A stretch of 64,000 nucleotides of DNA from a virus. Lineage: Duplodnaviria; Caudoviricetes. A model generated the notes under the pieces. That model was not told where the DNA came from and ran no database searches. It saw nothing but the letters and a program-made list of their open reading frames with translations. Positions 8,680-17,027 of the stretch are shown piece by piece. Both the position numbers and the translations under genes were made by a program. How positions within the stretch are numbered: position 1 is the first letter of the stretch; every line of letters starts with the position of its first letter. Where the stretch lies: IMG/VR virus record IMGVR_UViG_3300026522_000030, positions 4,990-68,989 of that record, one strand, 5' to 3'.

Positions 8680-9777
8680 GTGGCAAACAAAGCGTATAAA
8701 TTTAGACTATATCCTAATGAAGAACAAAAGATATTATTTGCAAAGACCTTTGGTTGTGTCAGATTCATTTACAATCAAATGCTTTCAGATAAGATAGCAC
8801 ACTATAAAGAAACTGGAATGAAGCTCAATAATACTCCTGCACAGTACAAGAAAGAGTTTGAATGGCTTAAAGAAGTTGACAGCCTTGCTCTCGCAAACGC
8901 ACAAATGAACTTGCAGACCGCTTATAATAACTTCTTTAGAACGCCTAAAGTTGGCTTCCCTAAGTTCAAGAGCAAAAAGAAAGATAAGGACAGCTATACC
9001 ACCAATAATCAAAATGGTACAGTAAGTATTATTGACAAGAAACTTAGGTTGCCAAAAGTTGGTCTTGTAAAAATGGTACAACACAGAACAATTTCAGACA
9101 ATGAAAAAATTAAGTCTGCTACAATTACAAGAACGCCAACAGGTAAATATTATGTTTCTATTCTTGTGGAGTATGACAAAACTATTCCTGAGATAGAATT
9201 GTCAAAGGATAAAGCGATAGGATTAGATTACGCAAGTCATAGCTTTTATGTCGATAGTCAAGGCAGAGAAGCAAACTATCCTAAGTTCTATCGTAAGGCA
9301 CAAGACAAACTGGCTCGTGAACAACGCAAACTTGCTAATATGAAGTATGGTAGCAATAACTACCATAAACAAAAAATCAAAGTTGCGAGGATTCACGAAA
9401 GGGTTGCAAATCAGCGTTTGGATTGGATTCACAAACTCAGCACACAATTGGCGAGTGAATACGATATAGTTTGTGTGGAGGATATAAATATGCAGAACAT
9501 GGCAAGGTCATTAAAGTTAGGAAAGTCAACTAATGATAATGGTTTTGGAATGTTCAGAGATATTCTTTCTTACAAACTCGCTGACCGTGGCAAAGCATTT
9601 GTAAAGATTGATAAATGGTTTCCGTCGAGCAAGATGTGTAGGCATTGCGGTTCTATCAACCACGAGCTTACACTTTCAGACAGAGTTTGGACTTGCGGTT
9701 GCGGTGCTACAATCAATCGTGACGAAAACGCTGCAATAAACATAATGAATGAAGGTTTGAGAATGATATTCTCATAA
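8680..9777 (+). CDS. tnpB: TnpB RNA-guided endonuclease
   Basis: N-terminal 'AYKFRLYPN..Q..LFAKTFGCVRFIYN'; RuvC residues in GLDY, VEDI and RDENAA; Zn finger CRHC..CGC. Confidence 0.95.
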   Translation: MANKAYKFRLYPNEEQKILFAKTFGCVRFIYNQMLSDKIAHYKETGMKLNNTPAQYKKEFEWLKEVDSLALANAQMNLQTAYNNFFRTPKVGFPKFKSKKKDKDSYTTNNQNGTVSIIDKKLRLPKVGLVKMVQHRTISDNEKIKSATITRTPTGKYYVSILVEYDKTIPEIELSKDKAIGLDYASHSFYVDSQGREANYPKFYRKAQDKLAREQRKLANMKYGSNNYHKQKIKVARIHERVANQRLDWIHKLSTQLASEYDIVCVEDINMQNMARSLKLGKSTNDNGFGMFRDILSYKLADRGKAFVKIDKWFPSSKMCRHCGSINHELTLSDRVWTCGCGATINRDENAAINIMNEGLRMIFS

Positions 9778-9873
9778 TCAAATAGAAGAACCGTAGGAAC
9801 TACGGGGATAGCTCGTTGATACTGGTAGCAATAGTTACCTTGAGCGAGAAGCCCGTTACGACGGGTAGTTCAC
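9700..9873 (+). ncRNA. TnpB omega/reRNA scaffold (5' boundary approximate)
   Basis: CCGTAG-GAA-CTACGG-GGATAGC hairpin, GGTAGC/GTTACC stem and right-end hairpin ending TCAC. Confidence 0.7.
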
Positions 9874-9992
9874 AGGTAGCCAGTGGGCGCAGAGATTATA
9901 GGGTACTTCCCTACTCGCCTTTATAAAAATATGCGATTTTGTGGTAAATCGCGATTTAGAAAATCGCGATTTGTGTAAAAGGAGAAATAAAT

Positions 9993-10181
9993 ATGGCGAA
10001 AGCAAATGTAATACGTAAAAACTCTCTTGGAATCAAGGGCGTTCTGAATGTAGATAAGGGCAGCAATAGTGTTGTTGTAGAAATTGAGGACGGAGAGGCT
10101 TTAGAATTAGCAAGTTTGCTTGATGACTTTAATGGCTCGGAAGTCTCAATTTCAGTTGGCGAGAGCGTAGAACTCGCGTAA
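9993..10181 (+). CDS. yonK: YonK-family protein
   Basis: 62 aa acidic protein with 'KGVLN...LLDDFNGSEVSISVGE', resembling SPbeta YonK; syntenic position. Confidence 0.65.
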   Translation: MAKANVIRKNSLGIKGVLNVDKGSNSVVVEIEDGEALELASLLDDFNGSEVSISVGESVELA

Positions 10182-10209
10182 TAATTTTGAGTAAAAGGAG
10201 AGGATAATA

Positions 10210-11376
10210 TTGGGGATTTCAGCTAAAAAGAAATTCACCAAGTCTGAGCTACGTGAAATCTATACCGTATGCTCTCGCAAAGACCTTACCGGCGATTGGA
10301 AGAAAATTGCCGAAGAATTAAATAAAAGATTTGGCAAGGAGTATGACGAGTCTTGCTACAGAAAAAAATATCAAGCTTACTGCGAAATGAAAGAAGCCTG
10401 TAAAGAAATAGATAGTGATTTTTCAGGCGATACAACGGATGTTGCCGTGCTGAAGCGTGAACTTGAACGTGCCAAGATACAGTTCCGTGACGAGCGCAAC
10501 GCTTGGCAGAGACAGAACTACAATTCTGCAAGAGTTGAACAGAAACTTGACTATCTCGAAAAGGTAATCACTGAAAGCAATCCGACAGATTTGCAGATTT
10601 CACTCCGAGAGAATAACGCCAAGAAAACAGCAATTATCACTTGTTCCGACTGGCATATAGGTGAATGCTTTGACAACGAGTGGGGTTGCTACAACTCTAC
10701 AATTGCTCGTCATCGCATTGAAGAATATGCAAGTAAGGCAATTCAGAGATGTATTTTAGAGGGTATTTCTAATGTGATTATAGCTGGCTGTGGTGATCTA
10801 TGCAGTGGCAACATTCACGCCGCGATTGCCGTTACAAATAGGGAAAATGTTATTGAACAAATTATGCTCGCAAGTGAATATATGCTTGGTTTTGTAAAGG
10901 CATTTGTTGATAAGGGATTTGTGGTAACATTTACAAATATTGCAGGAAATCATTCAAGGATTTCGAGAAAAGATGAAGCCGTTAAAGACGAAAGGCTTGA
11001 CAATCTCGTGGGTTGGTTTGTATCTACTCACTTAAAGGATTATCCTAACTTCATCTACGCAAAGCCACAAGATACAACTCTTGCAGAAATAGATGGCTAT
11101 TGGTTTGTTCATGGTGACAATGACGTATTTGGTAAGGCGGGGTTGAGCAATCTCGTTCTTGCAAAAGGATATAAACCTCATGCGATTTTCAGTGGTCATA
11201 TGCATACAATGGCGATTGATGACTGCTACGACGTAAAGATTTGTCGTGGCGGTAGCCTCTGCGGTAGTGGTAACGATTATACAATTGAGAAACGACTTAA
11301 AGGTAAGCCGACTCAGCTCATGGCAATTGCCGAGAACGGAGAGGTTTGTCAATTCTATAATATTATTTTAGATTAA
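10210..11376 (+). CDS. calcineurin-like metallophosphoesterase with N-terminal HTH/coiled coil (YonJ-like position)
   Basis: SDWH, GD, GNH, HGD and GHMH motifs. Confidence 0.85.
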   Translation: MGISAKKKFTKSELREIYTVCSRKDLTGDWKKIAEELNKRFGKEYDESCYRKKYQAYCEMKEACKEIDSDFSGDTTDVAVLKRELERAKIQFRDERNAWQRQNYNSARVEQKLDYLEKVITESNPTDLQISLRENNAKKTAIITCSDWHIGECFDNEWGCYNSTIARHRIEEYASKAIQRCILEGISNVIIAGCGDLCSGNIHAAIAVTNRENVIEQIMLASEYMLGFVKAFVDKGFVVTFTNIAGNHSRISRKDEAVKDERLDNLVGWFVSTHLKDYPNFIYAKPQDTTLAEIDGYWFVHGDNDVFGKAGLSNLVLAKGYKPHAIFSGHMHTMAIDDCYDVKICRGGSLCGSGNDYTIEKRLKGKPTQLMAIAENGEVCQFYNIILD

Positions 11377-11389
11377 GGTGGTGATTGAT

Positions 11390-11812
11390 ATGACCATATC
11401 TGAATCCATATGCAAAAAGTATAATAAGTACGAGGATTTTGCATCTGAATTTGTACGCTCCGCTATGGAGAATGAATCCGCATTTCTTATAGTGAATTGG
11501 CAGGATGCTCTCGGCGTATGTCAGTTGCTTAATACCTTTACGATTAATGGCAACAGCGTTGTTATGAATCGTGAATTTGTGGACGAGGCTTATGCGGATA
11601 TTGAGGAAGTCAAGCAGTGCGACGGTAATATGCTAATTACTTTGTTTGATAACGGAGAAATGATTTGCGAAAAGGCTCTAAGCGACGAGTCAGCGTATGT
11701 GGATGACGGAGTGTATTTTGTCGAGTACAGCGCAAACGACTTTGTTCTGCCTTTACACGCAACAGTTGTGCCGTTTAAGGTGGAAACCGAGATTTTTGAA
11801 AATGTATTTTGA
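11390..11812 (+). CDS. hypothetical acidic protein
   Basis: ORF with AAGGTGG RBS in operon. Confidence 0.7.
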   Translation: MTISESICKKYNKYEDFASEFVRSAMENESAFLIVNWQDALGVCQLLNTFTINGNSVVMNREFVDEAYADIEEVKQCDGNMLITLFDNGEMICEKALSDESAYVDDGVYFVEYSANDFVLPLHATVVPFKVETEIFENVF

Positions 11813-11814
11813 TG

Positions 11815-12280
11815 TAGGCAGAGGCAATAGCCTTTGTTGAAATAAATGCTGCCATCGAGGGGCAGGATAAAGATACCTGTACATCCCGAAAGGGATGCTG
11901 TGGAGAGCAACTGCAACGATGTTGTAATCCGCACCAAAGTAAATCTCAGAGAGTAACTCCACGATTAAACTGTTGTCGTAAAATCCGAGGTTTTATGTAC
12001 CTTGCAAGCCTCTGTTATGCCTACAAGCTGACTACGCAAGGTCTTTTATGGTTGCCACGACCTGATGTGGAAAGGCAAACCTGCGCATTGGTAGGCTACG
12101 GACAAGTAGCAAACTTGCGCATTATCGCACCATCGTCTATGATTAGTAAGGACATCGCCCTTTCAAGGCGAAAAGGACGGAGCATCGCCGTCTGGTGTGA
12201 CCATACCTCTTTTGAGGCGACTATGTGTGCTGTTGCAATTCTCTCCGCTTAATTGTGTTAAAAGCAATTTTGTGGAGGAG
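11815..12280 (+). ncRNA. candidate large structured ncRNA (family unassigned)
   Basis: gap between a gene stop and the tRNA with many nested stems, a GAAA tetraloop and a long-range closing helix 11900-11917/12232-12248. Confidence 0.6.
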
Positions 12281-12282
12281 AT

Positions 12283-12356
12283 AGGGAGTTAGTTCAATGG
12301 TAGAACGGCGGTCTCCAAAACCGTTAATCAGAGTTCGAGTCTTTGACTTCCTGCCA
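12283..12356 (+). tRNA. trnW: tRNA-Trp (CCA)
   Basis: acceptor AGGGAGT/ACTTCCT, D arm, anticodon loop CT-CCA-AA, TTCGA T loop, encoded 3' CCA. Confidence 0.95.
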
Positions 12357-12511
12357 GACGTATTATAGCGTCATAAGCATTAAAGGTAGATAGAGAGAAC
12401 CGATCATTCTCTTGACAAGTGTCACCATTCACTTCTGTCTTTATAATCTTTAAATGGAGTTAAGAATTAGAGTAAAAAAATAATATAATTACGATGTATC
12501 GGTAAAAAGTA

Positions 12512-12598
12512 TGATTTTAGTGGGAATTTATTTCCCATAAAGCGATGTGTTTTGGGAAAATTTTTCTCATTTGGGAAATTTATTCCCAAGTAAAATCA
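12512..12598. repeat. three 17-bp inverted repeats TGGGAA-N5-TTCCCA inside an outer inverted repeat
   Basis: copies at 12521-12537, 12553-12569 (one mismatch) and 12572-12588; outer arms TGATTTTA (12512) / TAAAATCA (12591-12598). Confidence 0.85.
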
Positions 12599-12616
12599 GT
12601 GTAAGGAGATGATTGA

Positions 12617-13663
12617 ATGGAAGGCAGATCGACAGTCTATAATAAAATTACGAGTGAAGAAAAAATTGCTCAAATAAACATTAAAAATCAAGAATTATGT
12701 TCTGATTTCATTGAATATCTCAAATCTATTGATAGAAGTCCAAGCACCATTTATGCTTATGAGCAAGATTTGAATGTTTTTATGGTTTGGAATCTTGAAA
12801 ATAATTCTAATAAAGAATTTATAAAGATTACCAAACGAGAACTGACTAAGTTTCAAAATCACGCTTTAAATGTGTGGGGTTGGAGTCCGAGACGGCTACG
12901 CAGGATAAAAAGCGTGATTAGTAGTTTGTCGAATTTTATCACGGACATTCTCGATGAGGAAGAAGAATATCAAGATTTTAAGAGTATTATCAAAAAGATA
13001 CCATCTCCTTTAAATGAAGAAGTAAGAGAGAAAACTGTTTTTGAACCTGAAGAACTTGAAAAATTACTTAACAAACTTGTGGAAGAAAAGAAGTATATGC
13101 AAGCTTGCATGGTTAGTCTTGCTATGAACTCTGGTAGACGGAAATCGGAATTGCCACGTTTCAAAGTTGAATACTTCGACAAGAGCAATATCAAATTTGG
13201 CTCGTTATATTGCACCCCCGAAAAAGTTAAAACTAAAGGCAGGGGTGTAAAAGGCAAACAACTAACTTTATACGTTCTTAAAAATGGTTTTGAAAAATAT
13301 CTCAATCTTTGGTTAGAGGAAAGAGAACGACTTGGTATTACGAGTGAATGGCTGTTCCCCGATAAGATTAATGGTAAGTGGAGCGAAACCAATCAAATTG
13401 CTATTGGAAAACTTGACGGTTGGGCGGATTATTATTCTCAAATTTTAGGCAAGCCATTTTACTGGCACTCATTGAGACATTATTTTACTACCATGTGTGT
13501 AAAAAGTAAATTGCCTCAAAATGTAATTCAAAGCATAATCGGTTGGACGAGTGGTGACATGGTAAATTTGTACACGGATTTGAGCGTAGAAGATACTATC
13601 GGTGAATATTTCAATGAGGACGGTATCGTCGTTCACGAAGAAAAGAAACTGTCCGATATATAG
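12617..13663 (+). CDS. tyrosine recombinase (XerC/integrase family)
   Basis: GRRKSE, KTK, HSLRH, IGW and NLY catalytic set (R-K-H-R-W-Y); N-terminal SAM-like domain. Confidence 0.9.
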   Translation: MEGRSTVYNKITSEEKIAQINIKNQELCSDFIEYLKSIDRSPSTIYAYEQDLNVFMVWNLENNSNKEFIKITKRELTKFQNHALNVWGWSPRRLRRIKSVISSLSNFITDILDEEEEYQDFKSIIKKIPSPLNEEVREKTVFEPEELEKLLNKLVEEKKYMQACMVSLAMNSGRRKSELPRFKVEYFDKSNIKFGSLYCTPEKVKTKGRGVKGKQLTLYVLKNGFEKYLNLWLEERERLGITSEWLFPDKINGKWSETNQIAIGKLDGWADYYSQILGKPFYWHSLRHYFTTMCVKSKLPQNVIQSIIGWTSGDMVNLYTDLSVEDTIGEYFNEDGIVVHEEKKLSDI

Positions 13664-13713
13664 ACATCAAACCCACATTTTATTAGAAATCTACAATTTA
13701 TAATTCCTCCTAT

Positions 13714-13734
13714 GCCCTCTTTGAGAGGGCTTTT
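13714..13734 (+). terminator. intrinsic terminator after recombinase
   Basis: GCCCTCT-TTG-AGAGGGC-TTTT. Confidence 0.7.
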
Positions 13735-13794
13735 GTGTTGTCTGACTGCAATGATGTTGGACGGCGCACCATTTTGAATTAAAGGAATGATATT

Positions 13795-14760
13795 ATGGCA
13801 AAGATAGATATAATCGTGCCGACCTATAAAGCAGAGAAAACTTTGGATAGGGTGTTGGCAAGTATTTATATGCAAACCATTCGAGATGAGCTAAACGTAT
13901 ATGTTGTTAATGACTGCGACGGCATAGACTACTCTCCCCTATTGGCTAAGTGGGATTTGAATATCACATATTTCACAACGCCTAAAAATGGTGGTGCGGG
14001 AATGGCAAGGCAGTTTGGCTTAGACAATAGTGATAGTGAGTATGCAATGTTCATAGACAGCGATGACTGTTTAGCTTCAGCATTTGCTTGTGAGTTACTT
14101 TGGTATAACGCCAAAGGCAAAAATGCTGATATGGTATGTGGAGCTTTTGATAACGACTTCCGCACTGATAACAAGTTTGCGGTTGGTGAAAGTGAACACA
14201 GCACAACTTGGCTACATGGCAAACTTTTTAAGCGAGCATTTCTTAATAAGAACCACATCCGTTTTAGAGAAAATTTGCGTGTGAACGAGGATTGCTATTT
14301 CAATCAGTTGTTCTTGTCATATGAACCTAATGCCATTACAATTGACAAGGTTTGTTATTCGTGGTTGTGGACTGATGGAAGTCTAACACGTTCTGGCAAA
14401 ACGGATAATAGGTTTTGGGTATTGTATGATTACATACAGGCGGCAGAAGCATATATTGATGAAGTTTGTATACGCAAAATGACCGATAAGCCAGTAGTGT
14501 TAAAAATGATTGCAGACGATTTAATGATTACTTATCGGTATTACAATGAGATACTTGATACCTATAGTACAGATTATGGCGACAAGTATTTGCAGAGATG
14601 TAAGGAATATTACGCAAATGCGCTGAGTAAAGTGCCACAAGCTTTAGATGATGAGCTGCTGACGACAAGCAATATGAACGTGCTAAAAAACGTGGAGTTT
14701 ACAAGTCGGATTCCAAGTGTAAGTATTCCGCAGTTTGCAAAAATGATTATGGGCGTGTAA
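13795..14760 (+). CDS. family 2 glycosyltransferase
   Basis: 'IIVPTYK', 'GGAGMARQFG', DxD motif 'FIDSDD', 'KLFKRAFL' and 'NED'. Confidence 0.85.
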   Translation: MAKIDIIVPTYKAEKTLDRVLASIYMQTIRDELNVYVVNDCDGIDYSPLLAKWDLNITYFTTPKNGGAGMARQFGLDNSDSEYAMFIDSDDCLASAFACELLWYNAKGKNADMVCGAFDNDFRTDNKFAVGESEHSTTWLHGKLFKRAFLNKNHIRFRENLRVNEDCYFNQLFLSYEPNAITIDKVCYSWLWTDGSLTRSGKTDNRFWVLYDYIQAAEAYIDEVCIRKMTDKPVVLKMIADDLMITYRYYNEILDTYSTDYGDKYLQRCKEYYANALSKVPQALDDELLTTSNMNVLKNVEFTSRIPSVSIPQFAKMIMGV

Positions 14761-14909
14761 TCGCCCTTATGAGGAATGTGGTTGCAATGATACCGCAGAC
14801 CTGACCAAAACAACAGCAACACGAGGGAGTAGCTACCTGAGTGTGGGGAAGTTTTTCTATCCGACTTCCCCGTTCTGTTGAACTTAATGGATAGAGGAAG
14901 GATAGAAAT

Positions 14910-15884
14910 ATGGCTATATATACAGAAGAAATATTTTTAGAAAAGCTGAAAGAAAAGAATAGAGATTGGGATAAGATTGAGCTTCTGTCTCCGTTTGTAA
15001 AAGCAAAACAAAAAATCAAGTGTAGGTGTAGGGTTTGTGGGTATGAGTGGTCGCCCATTCCGTCATCTTTATTGCAAGATACTGGTTGTAGAGTGTGTAG
15101 AATGGAAGAACAAATCAAAAATCAAACTAAGACACATGAACAATTTATGCAAGAATTTAATGAGTTAAAAGCTGATAATCCTCATTTAGAACATATCGAG
15201 ATAATTGGTGAATATAAAGGAGAAAAAGTCAAAATTAAAGCCAAATGTCATTATTGTAACACTGAATGGGATGCTGTGCCAAGAAACTTATTAAAAGGAA
15301 GTGGCTGTTATAACTGTAGAGGCAGATTCGTTTCTAAATATCGAAAAGAAAACAATATATGGGGTGGCGAAAACAATCCGAGGCACATAAACCCTATGCG
15401 TGGTAAAGATAATCCTAATTGGAAAGATGGAGCTACGTCTTTATATCAAGAGTTAAGAAGTGAAACAAGAGATTGGTTTATGGCAACGAATAAGATTTTT
15501 GATTGGAAATGTGCTTTAACAGGAGAGAAATTTGATAATGTCCACCATCTTGTAGAGTTCAAAGATATATTAACAGAGGTTTTAGAAATATACGAGTTAG
15601 ATCGCCGTAAATCTATTGGCGATTATTCAGAAGAAGAACAGATGTGGATAAAGGACGGTATAAAGCAACTTCACAAAAAATATGGTTATGGGGTTAGCTT
15701 GTGCGAGCCTGTTCATACATTGTTTCATAAATTGTATAGTTATAACAATTGCAATAAATTTGATTTTTTAGAATTTACAAACAGATTTGTAAATGGAGAG
15801 TTCAATAATTTTTTAAGTCAACAGGGGTTGTCAATTAATATCAATCCTAAGATTTATAATGTGTTATTGAATAATTTGTATTAA
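14910..15884 (+). CDS. zinc-ribbon-repeat HNH homing endonuclease
   Basis: CRVC..W..CRVC and CHYC..W..CYNC repeats; 'NVHHL..GVSLCEPVHTLFH' HNH-like C-terminus; AT-rich. Confidence 0.75.
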   Translation: MAIYTEEIFLEKLKEKNRDWDKIELLSPFVKAKQKIKCRCRVCGYEWSPIPSSLLQDTGCRVCRMEEQIKNQTKTHEQFMQEFNELKADNPHLEHIEIIGEYKGEKVKIKAKCHYCNTEWDAVPRNLLKGSGCYNCRGRFVSKYRKENNIWGGENNPRHINPMRGKDNPNWKDGATSLYQELRSETRDWFMATNKIFDWKCALTGEKFDNVHHLVEFKDILTEVLEIYELDRRKSIGDYSEEEQMWIKDGIKQLHKKYGYGVSLCEPVHTLFHKLYSYNNCNKFDFLEFTNRFVNGEFNNFLSQQGLSININPKIYNVLLNNLY

Positions 15885-15896
15885 AGGAGTGAAAAT

Positions 15897-17027
15897 ATGC
15901 CGGCGAGAGGTTCAAAACAAGCCTTAGAGAAGAAGGCAAAGCCTAAGTATCGTAAGATAGATACAACTACTTTGCCACCTCTGTACAAATGCTCTTGCTG
16001 TGGCAAGATTGTTCAAGAACCAGAGGGTAAGTTCTTTAAGGTTATACAAAATTCTTTATATAATGGCAATGATGGATTTAGCAATATATGTACTTATTGC
16101 TGTGATGATTTCTTTGCCAGAATGAGAGAGAAGTATCAAGACGAGAAAATTGCGCTTCTTGTGACCTGTGCTGAGATGGGTTGGTTTTTTTCTGAAAAGA
16201 CTTATATGCAAATGAAAGAAAAAAATAGTGGAGATATTAGATTAGGTGACTATATTAAGAGACTTAATTTATCGCAGAATAAAAATCTTACATTTGTAGA
16301 TTATGTTATGTCGAGCATTAATAGTGAGCAATTTCTGCGTTCAAAGCAAGAAGTTGACGAAATGATGGAAGAAAACTGGACGGACGAAGAAAGAAAGAAT
16401 GTAGATACAGTTATAGAAGTTATAGGCTACGATCCGTTTGCAGGTTATCAATCAAGTGACAGGCGTTATTTATTTGGAGAACTTGTAAAGTATTTAGATG
16501 ATGAAGAAGTTGTTGACGATAACTATAAATTATCTCAAATTATTCAGATTGTCAACAACAATAATCAGATAAGACAATATGATTTGCTTATTGCTCAATT
16601 AAAACCATTGACTGATAGTAAGGATATTCAGGTCTTAAACGAAATGAAAGGCAAACTTGTACAGTCAAATGATAAAATTGCGAAAGAGAATGAAATCTCG
16701 GTAAAAAACAGGTCTAACAAGGATATAGGCAAATCAACTCTTACATATCTTATGCGTGACCTTAGAGAAAAAGATTTTGATAGGGCAGAGGCAGATTACT
16801 ATGACCAACTCAAATCGGCAGGAACAAGGTGGGCGGCAGAAGTTTCAATGAATGCAATACAAAAAAATACATTCTTTGATGAAAATGATATGCGTGAAAT
16901 CAACGATATTAAAAGGCAAATGGTTGTTGAACTTCAAGAAAAAGTTGACGATTTAATGGAAGAAAAGAGACAATTGCTTGTCGAGATACAAAAGTTAAAG
17001 AATGGTGATAATGATGAAGAAACGTAA
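15897..17027 (+). CDS. putative terminase small subunit / packaging-associated protein
   Basis: directly upstream of and overlapping terminase large subunit; N-terminal CxxC..CxxC; call is positional. Confidence 0.5.
   Translation: MPARGSKQALEKKAKPKYRKIDTTTLPPLYKCSCCGKIVQEPEGKFFKVIQNSLYNGNDGFSNICTYCCDDFFARMREKYQDEKIALLVTCAEMGWFFSEKTYMQMKEKNSGDIRLGDYIKRLNLSQNKNLTFVDYVMSSINSEQFLRSKQEVDEMMEENWTDEERKNVDTVIEVIGYDPFAGYQSSDRRYLFGELVKYLDDEEVVDDNYKLSQIIQIVNNNNQIRQYDLLIAQLKPLTDSKDIQVLNEMKGKLVQSNDKIAKENEISVKNRSNKDIGKSTLTYLMRDLREKDFDRAEADYYDQLKSAGTRWAAEVSMNAIQKNTFFDENDMREINDIKRQMVVELQEKVDDLMEEKRQLLVEIQKLKNGDNDEET

Larger units (their letters stand above)
8411..9873 (+). mobile_element. non-autonomous IS200/IS605 (IS1341-type) element carrying tnpB only
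   Basis: inserted after TTTAA; left-end hairpin CCCAC..GTGGG preceded by AAAT; right end GAAG-CCCGT-TACG-ACGGG-TAGT-TCAC; no tnpA. Confidence 0.85.

Noticed and set aside
9874-9890. TnpB guide contains AGCCAGTGGG, complementary to the element's own left-end hairpin
   Set aside because: The match starts at guide position 5, with a mismatched seed and no TTTAA TAM; probably coincidental.
11995-12252. 85-aa ORF inside the structured non-coding region
   Set aside because: No RBS, atypical composition, and it overlaps the nested RNA helices; likely spurious.
12379-12389. ATTAA-AGGTAG as a possible TnpB self-target
   Set aside because: Imperfect TAM and only 6 nt of guide match.
12357-12450. Possible theta (HDV-like) ribozyme after the tRNA
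   Set aside because: Only simple hairpins (GACG/CGTC, AGAGAA/TTCTCT, TGAC/GTCA) are visible; no HDV double-pseudoknot pattern, and the tRNA already encodes CCA.
13735-13773. tRNA-like remnant ending in ACCA before the GT2 gene
   Set aside because: Only one weak hairpin; no T-loop or cloverleaf.
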